DNA from: Bacteroidales bacterium
Lineage (GTDB): Bacteria; Bacteroidota; Bacteroidia; Bacteroidales; WCHB1-69
Length of the DNA stretch: 64,000 nucleotides
Assembly (NCBI GenBank): GCA_017962845.1
Contig: JAGCUN010000015.1
Coordinates: forward strand, 84,539 to 148,538
Direction of reading: 5' to 3'
The position numbers were made by a program, and so were the translations under genes. This document shows, piece after piece, positions 1 to 9,329 of the stretch; positions within the stretch are counted from its first letter, which is position 1, and every line of letters starts with the position of its first letter. Below the pieces are notes generated by a model, which worked only from the letters and a program-made list of their open reading frames with translations, was not told the DNA's origin and searched no databases.

Positions 1-296
1 ACAGCCTTCGGAGCGCCGTCCACCAATTCCTTGGCTTCCTTCAGTCCGAGACCAGTGAGTTCCTTCACAGCTTTCACAACGGCGAGCTTCTGAGCACCAG
101 CTTCTTTGAGGATAACGTCGAATTCGGTCTTTTCCTCTTCAGCGGCGGCGGCACCAGCAGCGGGACCAGCGGCAACTGCAACTGCGGCTGCGGCGGGCTC
201 GATACCGTACTCGTCTTTCAAAATCTGAGCTAACTCGTTAACTTCTTTAACGGTCAAATTAACTAATTGTTCTGCAAATGCTTTCAAATCTGCCAT
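1..296 (-). CDS. rplL: 50S ribosomal protein L7/L12, partial (C-terminal end lies beyond the left window edge)
   Basis: Own translation of the minus strand from the ATG at 296-294 gives [48 protein letters not shown]...[22 protein letters not shown]. The ORF is open-ended and so absent from the ORF track. It lies directly downstream of rplJ. Confidence 0.95.
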   Translation of the reverse strand, partial: MADLKAFAEQLVNLTVKEVNELAQILKDEYGIEPAAAAVAVAAGPAAGAAAAEEEKTEFDVILKEAGAQKLAVVKAVKELTGLGLKEAKELVDGAPKA

Positions 297-341
297 GATT
301 TCTATTTTTTTAAATGGTTTCTAATTTTGTTGATTTTTTAA

Positions 342-860
342 TTATGCTCTTTCTGACAAAGTTTTTACGATGCCAGCAAGTTTGCCACCACCCGACTGAA
401 GAGCGGAGATGACGTTCTTTGCGGGAGACTGCAACAGACCGACGATGTCGCCGATGAGTTCCTCTCTCGACTTGATGTTGCAAAGATTCTCTAATTGGTC
501 GTCACCAATGTAGGAAGCGCTTTCAATGAATGCGGCCTTTACAATGGGTTTCTTGTTCTTCGCACGGAAGTCCTTGATTAACTTAGCCGGTGCGTTACCC
601 ACGGTAGAGAGCATGATTGCGGTGCTGCCTTCCAATACCGGATAGATTTCCGAGTAATCAGCTTCCGACTGGTCCATAGCGCGTTTCAGCAGGGTGTTTT
701 TCACCACCTTCAGCTTGATCTCGCGTTTGAAGCACTGTCTTCTCAGCTGGTTGACCATTTCAACGGTGAATCCGGAAATATCCGTTACATAAACGTTCGG
801 ATAATTAGCTAAATCTTCAGCAATCGCTTCAATAATCTGAGCTTTTTGTTCTTGTTTCAT
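342..860 (-). CDS. rplJ: 50S ribosomal protein L10
   Basis: 172-aa ORF with an L10-like sequence, positioned between rplA and rplL in the canonical operon order. Confidence 0.95.
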   Translation of the reverse strand: MKQEQKAQIIEAIAEDLANYPNVYVTDISGFTVEMVNQLRRQCFKREIKLKVVKNTLLKRAMDQSEADYSEIYPVLEGSTAIMLSTVGNAPAKLIKDFRAKNKKPIVKAAFIESASYIGDDQLENLCNIKSREELIGDIVGLLQSPAKNVISALQSGGGKLAGIVKTLSERA

Positions 861-879
861 ACTAATTTAGCTTTTTGGA

Positions 880-1575
880 TTAAATGGTAACCGATTTAAC
901 ATCGACTTGTACACCAGGACTCATGGTTGAGGAGATGTAAATGCTCTTGATGTAGGTTCCCTTTGCAGCGGTCGGTTTCAACTTGATAATGGTTGCCATC
1001 ATCTCGCGGGCGTTCTCCACCAGCTTGTCAGCGCTGAAGTTCACCTTGCCGATTCCGGTATGGATGATACCATATTTGTCAACCTTGAAGTCAATCTTAC
1101 CGGCCTTCACATCTGCAACCGCCTTGCCGATCTCCATCGTAACGGTACCGGCTTTCGGGTTCGGCATCAAGCCGCGGGGACCCAAAATCTTACCCAGCGC
1201 ACCAATCTTGGGCATCACGCTCGGCATGGTGATAATCACGTCCACGTCGGTCCAACCTTTCTTGATCTTATCAACGTATTCGTCCAAGCCTACGTAATCT
1301 GCGCCGGCAGCCCTTGCCTCTTCCTCCTTGTCAGGAGTACAAAGTACCAACACTCTCACCACCTTGCCAGTGCCGTGCGGGAGGGTCACAATACCTCTCA
1401 CCATCTGGTTGGCCTTACGAGGGTCAACACCCAGACGGACGTCAATATCGAAGGACGCATCAAATTTGGTGTAGGTGATGTCCTTGACGATATTTACGGC
1501 TTCTACCAACGGGTAAGCTTTGGTCTTATCAAACTTTGCAAAAGCCTCTTTGCGTTTTTTTGATATTTTAGCCAT
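880..1575 (-). CDS. rplA: 50S ribosomal protein L1
   Basis: 231-aa ORF with a typical L1 sequence ([20 protein letters not shown]) in the rplK-rplA-rplJ-rplL order. Confidence 0.97.
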   Translation of the reverse strand: MAKISKKRKEAFAKFDKTKAYPLVEAVNIVKDITYTKFDASFDIDVRLGVDPRKANQMVRGIVTLPHGTGKVVRVLVLCTPDKEEEARAAGADYVGLDEYVDKIKKGWTDVDVIITMPSVMPKIGALGKILGPRGLMPNPKAGTVTMEIGKAVADVKAGKIDFKVDKYGIIHTGIGKVNFSADKLVENAREMMATIIKLKPTAAKGTYIKSIYISSTMSPGVQVDVKSVTI

Positions 1576-1599
1576 TTCGTTTTTACTTTACTTGGTTAA

Positions 1600-2049
1600 T
1601 TAATTTTTCTCAAAAGGATTCGTGCCACCTTTCACCACAATACCCATACTGCGCGCGGTACCGGCCACCATCGACATGGCAGACTCGGTCGTGAAGCAGT
1701 TCAGGTCGGGCATTTTGTCTTCGGCAATCGCCTTCACCTGGTCCCACGTGATCGTGGCCACCTTGTTACGGTTCGGTTCAGCAGAACCCGACTGCAACTT
1801 GGCGGTCTCCTTCAGCTGCACAGCAACCGGAGGGGTCTTGATGATGAAGTCGAAAGACTTGTCCTTGTAAACAGTAATGATGACCGGGATAACTTTTCCG
1901 GCTTTGTCCTGCGTACGGGCATTGAACTGCTTACAGAACTCCATGATGTTCACACCCTTAGAACCCAACGCGGGGCCTACTGGCGGTGACGGATTGGCGG
2001 CACCTCCCTTGATTTGTAACTTAATAAGTCCAGCTACTTCTTTTGCCAT
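1600..2049 (-). CDS. rplK: 50S ribosomal protein L11
   Basis: 149-aa ORF containing the L11 hallmark [19 protein letters not shown]. Confidence 0.97.
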   Translation of the reverse strand: MAKEVAGLIKLQIKGGAANPSPPVGPALGSKGVNIMEFCKQFNARTQDKAGKVIPVIITVYKDKSFDFIIKTPPVAVQLKETAKLQSGSAEPNRNKVATITWDQVKAIAEDKMPDLNCFTTESAMSMVAGTARSMGIVVKGGTNPFEKN

Positions 2050-2093
2050 TTTTTAACTTTTTTTAATTTGTGTAACAATTTGTCGCCGGCAAA

Positions 2094-2645
2094 CTACAGC
2101 TTCTCAACCTGCATAAAACTTAATTCGAGAGGAGTTTTACGGCCAAAGATCTTCACCATGACCTTCAGCTTCTTCTTCTCGGTGTTGATCTCCTCGATCA
2201 CACCGTTGAAGGTGTTGAACGGGCCGTCCACCACTTTCACTTCCTCACCAATCATGAAGGGGGGAGCAAAGGTCTCGTCTTGCTCAAGCAATTCGTCAAC
2301 CTTCCCTAACATTCTGGTGACTTCTGCAGGGCGCAAAGGAGTCGGCGTGTCTGTCTTGTGCTTGCAACCTACAAAGCCCAAAACGCCCGGAATGCTCAAC
2401 AAAAGATGCAACACATCCGTCAAGTTCATGACTTCCACGAAGACATAACCCGGGAAATAGGTCGTCTCTTTGCTGATTTTCTTCCCGTTGCGGATCTGAT
2501 AAACTTTCTCGGTCGGAATCAGAATGTTCGTGACAAAGTCCCGCAAGTGTGAATTAGAAATCTCATTCTCGATGTTCTGCTTCACCTTCTTCTCGGTGCC
2601 CGTTACAACTCTGATGACATACCACTTTCTCTCAATTTCTGCCAT
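2094..2645 (-). CDS. nusG: Transcription termination/antitermination factor NusG
   Basis: 183-aa ORF with an NGN-like N-terminus (KWYVIRVVTGTEKKV) and a KOW-like C-terminus (GEEVKVVDGPFNTFNGVIEEI). It lies between secE and rplK. Confidence 0.95.
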   Translation of the reverse strand: MAEIERKWYVIRVVTGTEKKVKQNIENEISNSHLRDFVTNILIPTEKVYQIRNGKKISKETTYFPGYVFVEVMNLTDVLHLLLSIPGVLGFVGCKHKTDTPTPLRPAEVTRMLGKVDELLEQDETFAPPFMIGEEVKVVDGPFNTFNGVIEEINTEKKKLKVMVKIFGRKTPLELSFMQVEKL

Positions 2646-2690
2646 ACAGCCAAAGTGTTTACAATAAATTTGCCAACTAATTATTCAACT

Positions 2691-2891
2691 CTACGAAAGA
2701 GGAGGGAACATGAACGAAAGGCCCATGAACCATGAAAAAAAGACATCCATCAACCATACGATTAACGCAATGATTAGGGAAGCAATGGATACTACAACAA
2801 CACTGCTCTGCAGGTCATCAGCCGACGGCCATGTTACCTTGTTTACCAGCTCGTCGTACGTCTCTCTTAAATATCTACCTAACTTTCTCAT
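2691..2891 (-). CDS. secE: Preprotein translocase subunit SecE
   Basis: 66-aa ORF with a single C-terminal transmembrane helix, immediately upstream of nusG (conserved synteny). Confidence 0.85.
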   Translation of the reverse strand: MRKLGRYLRETYDELVNKVTWPSADDLQSSVVVVSIASLIIALIVWLMDVFFSWFMGLSFMFPPLS

Positions 2892-3076
2892 GTTTGAATA
2901 ATTTTTCGTTTTTAATCATTTTTGGAAGTTTTGGGAGTCAATTTTGACATTTTCATCGTCGAGTCTTATGAATTTTCATGGCTTGAGAGAGTATGCCAAC
3001 CGCCTTATAAAGAGTGATTTACAAGGTCTGTTCTGCTTCATAACTCTCCTCCACACACTATACTTCAATAAGCTGG

Positions 3077-3084
3077 CAAATATA
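3077..3084 (-). promoter_or_regulatory. Bacteroidota -7 promoter box (TATATTTG on the minus strand), candidate secE-nusG promoter
   Basis: The plus strand reads CAAATATA, which matches TAnnTTTG on the minus strand. It lies 186 nt upstream of the secE start. Confidence 0.35.
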
Positions 3085-3195
3085 CATTTTTTTTCGCTAT
3101 TATAACCCTGTTGAAAAAAAATGATAAATTTTTTTTTATTTTTCGTTTTTTTTACAATAAACCGTCATTCTCTCATCAAATTGATTTTTTTCATG

Positions 3196-3203
3196 TAATT
3201 TTG
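3196..3203 (+). promoter_or_regulatory. Bacteroidota -7 promoter box TAATTTTG
   Basis: Exact TAnnTTTG match 34 nt upstream of the ATG at 3237. Confidence 0.5.
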
Positions 3204-3236
3204 CACTCTTTTACTTGACGATAATATATATAGGAT

Positions 3237-4055
3237 ATGTTAGATATAGAAAAAATCAAAGAAAGCGCCCTGTTCATCGAACAAAACATCCCCTCCCGCC
3301 CCGAAATCGCCATCGTGCTCGGCTCCGGCCTCGGCGGCCTCGTGGAGGAAATCCAAAATAAAAAAGAAATCAATTATAAAGATATCCCCAACTTCCCCGT
3401 CTCCACCGTGCAGGGCCACCGCGGCACCCTCATCTTCGGCACCCTCAACGGCATCCCCGTCCTCGTCATGAGCGGCCGCTTCCACTACTATGAGGGATAC
3501 TCCATGCAAACCCTCACCTTCCCCATCCAGGTGTTCAGCCAACTCGGCATCAAAAAACTCATCCTCTCCAACGCCGCCGGCGGCCTCAACCCCTCCTTCG
3601 ACATCGCCGACATCATGATCATCACCGACCATATCAACCTCATGGCCAACAACCCCCTCCTCGGCCCCAACAACGACCAGCTCGGTCCCCGCTTCCCCGA
3701 CATGAGCGAGGCCTACTCGCACCGCATGGTGAAACTGGCCAAGAAGGTGGCCGAGCAACACAATATCAAACTTCAGCACGGCATCTATATCGGCGTTACC
3801 GGTCCCTGCTACGAGACACCCGCCGAATACCACGCCTTCCACATTCTCGGCGCCGACGCCGTGGGCATGTCAACCGTGCCCGAAACCATCATGGCCCGCT
3901 ACCTCGGCATGGAGGTGTTCGCCCTCTCCGTCATCACCGACCTCGGCGTGCTCGGACAAATCGAGAAAGCCTCCCACGAGGAGGTGCTCAACGCCGCCCA
4001 TAAGGCCGAACCCAACATGATCAAGCTCGTCAAAGAGCTCGTGCCTCAGCTGTAG
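3237..4055 (+). CDS. Purine nucleoside phosphorylase (trimeric PNP/MTAP family)
   Basis: 272-aa ORF with motifs GHRGTLIFGTLNGIPVLVMSGRFHYYEGY, SNAAGGLN and GMSTVPE. It shows strong C-ending codon bias. Confidence 0.9.
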   Translation: MLDIEKIKESALFIEQNIPSRPEIAIVLGSGLGGLVEEIQNKKEINYKDIPNFPVSTVQGHRGTLIFGTLNGIPVLVMSGRFHYYEGYSMQTLTFPIQVFSQLGIKKLILSNAAGGLNPSFDIADIMIITDHINLMANNPLLGPNNDQLGPRFPDMSEAYSHRMVKLAKKVAEQHNIKLQHGIYIGVTGPCYETPAEYHAFHILGADAVGMSTVPETIMARYLGMEVFALSVITDLGVLGQIEKASHEEVLNAAHKAEPNMIKLVKELVPQL

Positions 4056-4474
4056 ATTCGTAGCCGCCGGCCATCATAACTCGTGTGATACATCTTTAAT
4101 GGATACTGTGATGGCCCGTCAATCATAGAGCCATCCAATATGTTGAACCGTGAACCACAATGCGGGTCCACAATCATCAAACCGCTCTCATCCACCTCCA
4201 ACCATGCCTTCGGATCCTCCCAGTCGTATGGACACGCCCGGTCGTAGGCCACGAAAGTGGTCATGTCAATCCGATAAACGATAATGCCGGCCACTCCGCC
4301 AGTAAAATATTCATAACCACCTATATAATTCAAATTCTGATAGTTTACATTATCAGGATAGATGGTGAAATTGACATGCACATTGGGAATCGTAGAATGC
4401 TCATAGCCATTACAACGCATGAACAGCACCGACAACAGCAGCACAGCAAAGGTCAAATGAATGATTTTTTTCAT
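4046..4474 (-). CDS. Hypothetical exported protein or lipoprotein with a degenerate Rieske-like C-terminal region
   Basis: 142-aa ORF. The signal peptide MKKIIHLTFAVLLLSVLFMRC ends in Cys. CPYDW...DPHCGSRF resembles Rieske cluster-binding motifs but does not match them. Confidence 0.5.
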   Translation of the reverse strand: MKKIIHLTFAVLLLSVLFMRCNGYEHSTIPNVHVNFTIYPDNVNYQNLNYIGGYEYFTGGVAGIIVYRIDMTTFVAYDRACPYDWEDPKAWLEVDESGLMIVDPHCGSRFNILDGSMIDGPSQYPLKMYHTSYDGRRLRIYS

Positions 4475-4498
4475 ACTATATTATATATAGGTGTATTT

Positions 4499-5095
4499 CT
4501 ACTCTTCTTTTACCTTCTCTGCTTTCACACTCAATGATCGGATGCCCGTGAAGGAAAACCGCCCGTGCCCTGGGGCCAACTCCACCTTGAAACGAGCCTC
4601 GCCAGTAGAAGAGAACTTCATCCCTGGGAATATACAGCGGGTGTTCCGCTTCAGGATTCGACCTCCTTCTTTGCCAATCTCTTTCGTCTGTACAGTGTCG
4701 TTGAAAATCAACTTGTACTGCTGCGTACGCCGGCTGGCCGAATCGGGCGAGATGGCTGTCACCACAAACAAACAGTCCTCAACATCCACATTATCATAAT
4801 AATCGGTCACCAAAGTGATGTCGTACGTGGCCTCCGCATCAGGAATCTGTCCTTTCAGCCAAACCTCTGGATGCAAGATGATATCATCGTTGGGCAAAAT
4901 CTCTTTATTGGGTTTGAAGGTGTTGTTGGGGAAAACATACGTGTCAACAAAACCCTCCGCTGCCTCTACTTTCAACTCTGCTTCCGGCGTTTTCTCTTTT
5001 TCTTTTCCTTCCTCTTTCGGCTTACAAGAGCTTGCTACTATACTTATAATCAATATAATAGAAATTATCGAATAGAATGTCAGATTTTTTTTCAT
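4499..5095 (-). CDS. Hypothetical lipoprotein
   Basis: The ORF runs 4499-5140. The internal start MKKNLTFYSIISIILIISIVASSC gives a lipoprotein signal ending in Cys, so the start is placed at 5095. Confidence 0.6.
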   Translation of the reverse strand: MKKNLTFYSIISIILIISIVASSCKPKEEGKEKEKTPEAELKVEAAEGFVDTYVFPNNTFKPNKEILPNDDIILHPEVWLKGQIPDAEATYDITLVTDYYDNVDVEDCLFVVTAISPDSASRRTQQYKLIFNDTVQTKEIGKEGGRILKRNTRCIFPGMKFSSTGEARFKVELAPGHGRFSFTGIRSLSVKAEKVKEE

Positions 5096-5217
5096 CTTCC
5101 AATTTTTTGAATCCTTATTTTTAATACTTTCGCATTCCAAATTGGCTGCAAAATTACATTAAATTTTATAAACACGAACTATCTGTAATTCTATATATTA
5201 ACTAAATCTCAAATTCG

Positions 5218-5853
5218 ATGAAAGTGAAAAAATATTACGTGGTTTGGAACGGGCGCATCCCGGGAATTTACGAAACGTGGAACGACTGCAAAGCCCAGGT
5301 CGATGGGTTCGAGAACGCCAAGTACAAGAGTTTCGAGAGCTTGTCGGAAGCTCATCAACAGTACAAAGCGGGTTATGAAAATTACTGGAAAAACCACCCT
5401 GTGATTCCCAAAACTCCGCCCAAGTTGGATTCTGAAGAGGTTACCCCGCCCATCTGGGAGAGCATCGCGGTGGATGCTGCCTGCAACATGGCCACCCGTG
5501 TCATGGAATACCGGGGGGTGGACACGCGAAGCGGCAAGGAGATCTTCCATGTGGGGCCTTTCCAAAACGCCACCAACAACATGGGCGAATTCCTCGCACT
5601 TGTACACGGACTCGCCTACCTCAAACAGAAAGGCAGCAACATCCCTATTTACTCCGACAGCATTACCGCCATCGCATGGGTGCGGCAGAAAAAACACAAG
5701 TCCACCATCAAGCCCACAGCCGAAAACGCCCGTCTTTTCGACCTGCTCACAAGAGCGGAAAACTGGCTGAAAACCAACACTTTCACCAATCCCATCCTGA
5801 AATGGAATACGCCTGTGTGGGGTGAAATCCCTGCCGACTTCGGACGAAAATAG
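5218..5853 (+). CDS. rnhA: Ribonuclease H with an N-terminal RNase H1-type hybrid-binding domain
   Basis: 211-aa ORF. The N-terminus YYVVWNGRIPGIYETWNDCKAQVDGFENAKYKSFESLSEA is HBD-like. The C-terminal part has an RNase H fold pattern (AVDAAC...NMGEFLALVHGL...IYSDS). Confidence 0.85.
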   Translation: MKVKKYYVVWNGRIPGIYETWNDCKAQVDGFENAKYKSFESLSEAHQQYKAGYENYWKNHPVIPKTPPKLDSEEVTPPIWESIAVDAACNMATRVMEYRGVDTRSGKEIFHVGPFQNATNNMGEFLALVHGLAYLKQKGSNIPIYSDSITAIAWVRQKKHKSTIKPTAENARLFDLLTRAENWLKTNTFTNPILKWNTPVWGEIPADFGRK

Positions 5854-5868
5854 TCGTTTTAAAATGCA

Positions 5869-5898
5869 CCTGCGCCCTCCTTTTCAGGAGCGCGCAGG
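5869..5898. terminator. Hairpin between convergent rnhA and prs (candidate bidirectional terminator)
   Basis: CCTGCGCCCTCC, loop TTTTCA, then GGAGCGCGCAGG. This is a 12-bp stem with one mismatch. Confidence 0.5.
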
Positions 5899-5921
5899 AT
5901 ACTACAACCATAAAAACTCCC

Positions 5922-6866
5922 TTAAATGTTTCCCACCTCGAAATGGGAAGCAATTGAGGTATGATCCATCACACTCCGAATCACATCTGAAACCAAAGGT
6001 GCAATAGAAAGCACCTCCACCTTGTCAGAGGGCCGTTTCAGCGGAATCGTGTCCGTTACAATAATCTTGTCCAAAGAGGATTCCTCCAATCTGTCGAGCG
6101 CATTGCCCGACAACAGCGCGTGGGTACACATGGCATAAACTTTCTGCGCACCCAATGCTTTCACGCGGTCGGCTGCCTTGCAAAGCGTGCCGCCCGTATC
6201 CATGATGTCATCCAACAAAATCACATTTTTGCCTTCAACATTGCCGATAATTTGCAATGCGGAAACCTCATTGGCCTTCACTCTCTGCTTGAAACCAATG
6301 GCGAAATCGCAATCAAGTGCCTTGGCATAGGTGGAAGCACGCTTGGTTCCGCCTGTGTCTGGGGATACGATGCAGAGATTGTCCCAATTCAAGGCACGAA
6401 TGTAAGGCAGAAAAACTGTGGAAGCATAAAGGTGATCAACCGGAACCTCAAAGAAACCTTGGATTTGATCGGCATGTAAATCCATGGTGATCAGACGGTT
6501 GATACCGGCTGCCGTCAAGAGGTTGGCCATCAGTTTGGCGCCAATGGAGGTTCTCGGTTTGTCTTTACGATCCTGGCGCGAATAGCCATAATAAGGAACC
6601 ACGGCCACAATCTCAGCTGCCGATGCGCGCTTGGCAGCATCAATCAGAATCAGCAGCTCGAGAACATTTTCCGCCGGAGAGAAGGTGGGCTGGATGATGA
6701 AAACGTGACGGCCACGGATGGTTTCATTGTAATATGCCTGAATTTCTCCATCCTTAAATTGTACAATTTCCTCATCTAAAAGAGAGGTACCTAAATTCTT
6801 GGCAATCTTTTCGGCCAAATCACGATTGGAACGTCCTGTCACCAATGCGATATCGCTTGTATTCAT
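5922..6866 (-). CDS. prs: Ribose-phosphate pyrophosphokinase
   Basis: 314-aa ORF with motifs DLHADQIQGFF and ILLDDIMDTGGTL. Confidence 0.95.
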   Translation of the reverse strand: MNTSDIALVTGRSNRDLAEKIAKNLGTSLLDEEIVQFKDGEIQAYYNETIRGRHVFIIQPTFSPAENVLELLILIDAAKRASAAEIVAVVPYYGYSRQDRKDKPRTSIGAKLMANLLTAAGINRLITMDLHADQIQGFFEVPVDHLYASTVFLPYIRALNWDNLCIVSPDTGGTKRASTYAKALDCDFAIGFKQRVKANEVSALQIIGNVEGKNVILLDDIMDTGGTLCKAADRVKALGAQKVYAMCTHALLSGNALDRLEESSLDKIIVTDTIPLKRPSDKVEVLSIAPLVSDVIRSVMDHTSIASHFEVGNI

Positions 6867-6910
6867 AATGTATTGATTTTAAGAGATTAAAATTCCCAAC
6901 TGCGGTGAGG

Positions 6911-6918
6911 CAAAAATA
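6911..6918 (-). promoter_or_regulatory. Bacteroidota -7 box (TATTTTTG on the minus strand) upstream of prs
   Basis: The plus strand reads CAAAAATA, 44 nt upstream of the prs ATG at 6866. Confidence 0.45.
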
Positions 6919-6963
6919 AAGGATTTTTCTGAAGTATTATCTCTTTTTTTGAAAATAATCTTG

Positions 6964-6971
6964 TAATTTTG
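6964..6971 (+). promoter_or_regulatory. Bacteroidota -7 box TAATTTTG, 5 nt from the ATG (leaderless-type arrangement)
   Basis: TAATTTTG, then cagcc, then the ATG at 6977. Confidence 0.55.
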
Positions 6972-6976
6972 CAGCC

Positions 6977-7456
6977 ATGAAGAAAGCCCTTGTATTTATA
7001 ATCGCTTTGGCCTCTGCTGTCATTGTTTCATGCAGTTCCCACACCTTTAACTCGCACAGACAGCCTGACAACTTGATTCCCAAAGACACCATGGTGGAAA
7101 TGATTGCTGAACAGCTCATTTACGAAGCTACACTCGACTTTGTCAAACAGGATATTGAACGCGAAGACACCAATCTTTACCAACAAGTGAACCACATGAT
7201 AGGCAACGAAAGCTTGCCCATGGATTCATTCCAAATGGGCTCCATGCACGTGCTCACCAAACTTTCAGGTACTTATTACGGACCTTGGCTCAAAAAAAGA
7301 GGTATCACCTACGAACAATACGAAGAGTCTCTTATTTACTATTTCAATACTGCACAAACCACCGAAGAAATTATGCGCCAGGTGGAAAACCGCATTACTC
7401 AAAAATACGGGAACCTCATCCCGCCCCCCTCTCCCAACCCCGCATTGCCCAATTAG
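6977..7456 (+). CDS. DUF4296-like lipoprotein
   Basis: 159-aa ORF with the lipoprotein signal MKKALVFIIALASAVIVSC. PDNLIPKDTMVEMIAEQLIYEA fits the DUF4296 pattern as I remember it. Confidence 0.6.
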   Translation: MKKALVFIIALASAVIVSCSSHTFNSHRQPDNLIPKDTMVEMIAEQLIYEATLDFVKQDIEREDTNLYQQVNHMIGNESLPMDSFQMGSMHVLTKLSGTYYGPWLKKRGITYEQYEESLIYYFNTAQTTEEIMRQVENRITQKYGNLIPPPSPNPALPN

Positions 7457-7460
7457 CACT

Positions 7461-7955
7461 ATGACAAAATTCAGCATCATCGTAGCCGCCGGTCTCAACA
7501 ACGAAATCGGTCTCAACAACCAGCTACTCTGCCACCTTCCGGCAGACTTGCGTCGCTTCAAAGAACTCACTACCGGCCATCCCATCGTGATGGGCCGTAA
7601 GACCTGGGAGTCTCTTCCCATCAAACCCCTCCCCAACCGAACCAACATCGTACTGAGCCGAAATTTGGCATTATCTATCCCCGAAGCTACCGTCGTTCAC
7701 ACTCTGGAAGAGGTGGGTGAAATAATTGATGATGAGGAAGAAGTGTTTATCATTGGGGGTGAAAAGGTATATCGCGACAGCATAGATTTCGCCCATACCC
7801 TATACCTCACCCGCATCGAAAATACCTTCACCGCAGATGCCTATTTTCCCACTATTGATGAAAAAAAATGGCAGATGGTGGAAGATGTTTTTCGCGCAAG
7901 CGATGAAAAAAATCAATATGATATGCGCTTCCAAAAATGGATTAGAAAGGCGTAA
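7461..7955 (+). CDS. folA: Dihydrofolate reductase
   Basis: 164-aa ORF with IVAAGLNNEIGLNNQLLCHLPADLRRFKELTTGHPIVMGRKTWESLP. Confidence 0.93.
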   Translation: MTKFSIIVAAGLNNEIGLNNQLLCHLPADLRRFKELTTGHPIVMGRKTWESLPIKPLPNRTNIVLSRNLALSIPEATVVHTLEEVGEIIDDEEEVFIIGGEKVYRDSIDFAHTLYLTRIENTFTADAYFPTIDEKKWQMVEDVFRASDEKNQYDMRFQKWIRKA

Positions 7956-8484
7956 CGAACTCCTTCAAGGTAGGCCCCACACTATCTTTTTCCGACAAAA
8001 TAGGATTCTCTACACCCCACTCCACATGGATGTCGGGGTCGTTGTAAACGATGTTTCCCTCAGAAGCTTTGTTATAAAAATTGGAACATTTGTAAGCAAA
8101 AATGGTGTGATCTTCCAACACCGAGAAACCATGTGCAAATCCTTCTGGGATAAAAAGTTGATGATGATTCTCTCCTGTCAGCAAGGCCGACACATACTGT
8201 CCGTAGGTGGCACTCCCCGCCCGGAGGTCAACCGCCACATCCAATACCGCACCCTGCACCACACTCACTAACTTCGCCTGGGCATACGGCGGCCGCTGGA
8301 AATGAAGTCCCCTCACCACGTTTTTCTGCGAAAAGGATTGGTTGTCCTGCACAAACCGCACGTTAATGCCGGCAGCCTTATACCTTTCCTCGTTATAGGT
8401 CTCGTAAAACCAGCCTCTCGCATCTCCAAATATTTGAGGCTTAATCAGTTTCACCCCCTCAATGGGCATTTCTATTACTTCCAT
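7942..8484 (-). CDS. rfbC: dTDP-4-dehydrorhamnose 3,5-epimerase
   Basis: 180-aa ORF with motifs GDARGWFYETY, RGLHFQ and IPEGFAHGF. Confidence 0.93.
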   Translation of the reverse strand: MEVIEMPIEGVKLIKPQIFGDARGWFYETYNEERYKAAGINVRFVQDNQSFSQKNVVRGLHFQRPPYAQAKLVSVVQGAVLDVAVDLRAGSATYGQYVSALLTGENHHQLFIPEGFAHGFSVLEDHTIFAYKCSNFYNKASEGNIVYNDPDIHVEWGVENPILSEKDSVGPTLKEFVTPF

Positions 8485-8498
8485 TTTTCTCTCTTTTT

Positions 8499-9272
8499 TT
8501 ACTCAAAAACCTGGGCCTCTATGCCAATTTTTTTCACACGCTCGGCGATTTTTTCCAATTCGGGCTGGTGTACCTTCACCAATTGCTTCGCCGGCGTCTC
8601 CCGATCCAGCGAGTACAACACCACCTTCCGGGGCTTTACCTCCTCCAAGACCTTCAACCATGCCGCCACGTTCTCTTCCGCCGTGTTGTCGAACTTCACC
8701 CCGTCGATTTCCCCTTTCAGAAACATGCTCTGCATCACAAAGTTACCGTTGAAAGCCCGCATACCTTCCACCGTGTCTTTCATCGTCACGGGAATGGTGG
8801 GACGGTTGATGAGCTTGTACAACTCCGGCAAGCCCGCATCCAACTTCAACATCGGATTCTCAATCTTCAACAAGGCCTTCCGTACCTTCACATCCTGCAA
8901 CTTTGTGGCATTTGATAAGCAAGTGATGATAGCATTGGGATAATATTTATCTCTGAGTATCAGCAAATTGTCGATGATCTCCCCGAATTGTGGGTGCAAG
9001 GTGGATTCGCCATTGCCCGAAAAGGTTATACTGTCGATGTGGGTGCCTTCCGCCTGGCAACTCTGCAATTTTTTTTCAATCGCTTGCGCTACGATGTCGG
9101 CGGTGGCATAGTGCGTGGAGGTGATGTCCTTCTCCAACGTCCAGCCGCACTCACAATAGATGCAGTCGAACGAACAAATTTTCACATCCGTGGGCGAAAT
9201 GTTGATGCCCAACGAACTGCCGAGCCGGCGACTGTGAATGGGTCCAAAAGCGATACTTTCCCAAAGAAACAT
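8499..9272 (-). CDS. Radical SAM protein
   Basis: 257-aa ORF with the CxxxCxxC cluster motif CSFDCIYCECG near the N-terminus. Confidence 0.85.
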   Translation of the reverse strand: MFLWESIAFGPIHSRRLGSSLGINISPTDVKICSFDCIYCECGWTLEKDITSTHYATADIVAQAIEKKLQSCQAEGTHIDSITFSGNGESTLHPQFGEIIDNLLILRDKYYPNAIITCLSNATKLQDVKVRKALLKIENPMLKLDAGLPELYKLINRPTIPVTMKDTVEGMRAFNGNFVMQSMFLKGEIDGVKFDNTAEENVAAWLKVLEEVKPRKVVLYSLDRETPAKQLVKVHQPELEKIAERVKKIGIEAQVFE

Positions 9273-9329
9273 TTTTGATCTGATTTTAAATGACGAAAGA
9301 TAACGATGGTTTTTCTCTAATATTGTAGT

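Noticed and set aside
3240-3842. Long antisense or alternative-frame ORFs in GC3-rich genes (3240-3842, 9676-10224, 10287-11015, 20609-21124, 21314-21691, 13419-13724)
   Set aside because: These are artefacts of strong C-ending codon usage in PNP, the kinase-like gene, the DegT-family gene, mnmG and the FecCD permease. The translations are Ala/Gly/Arg/His-rich nonsense.
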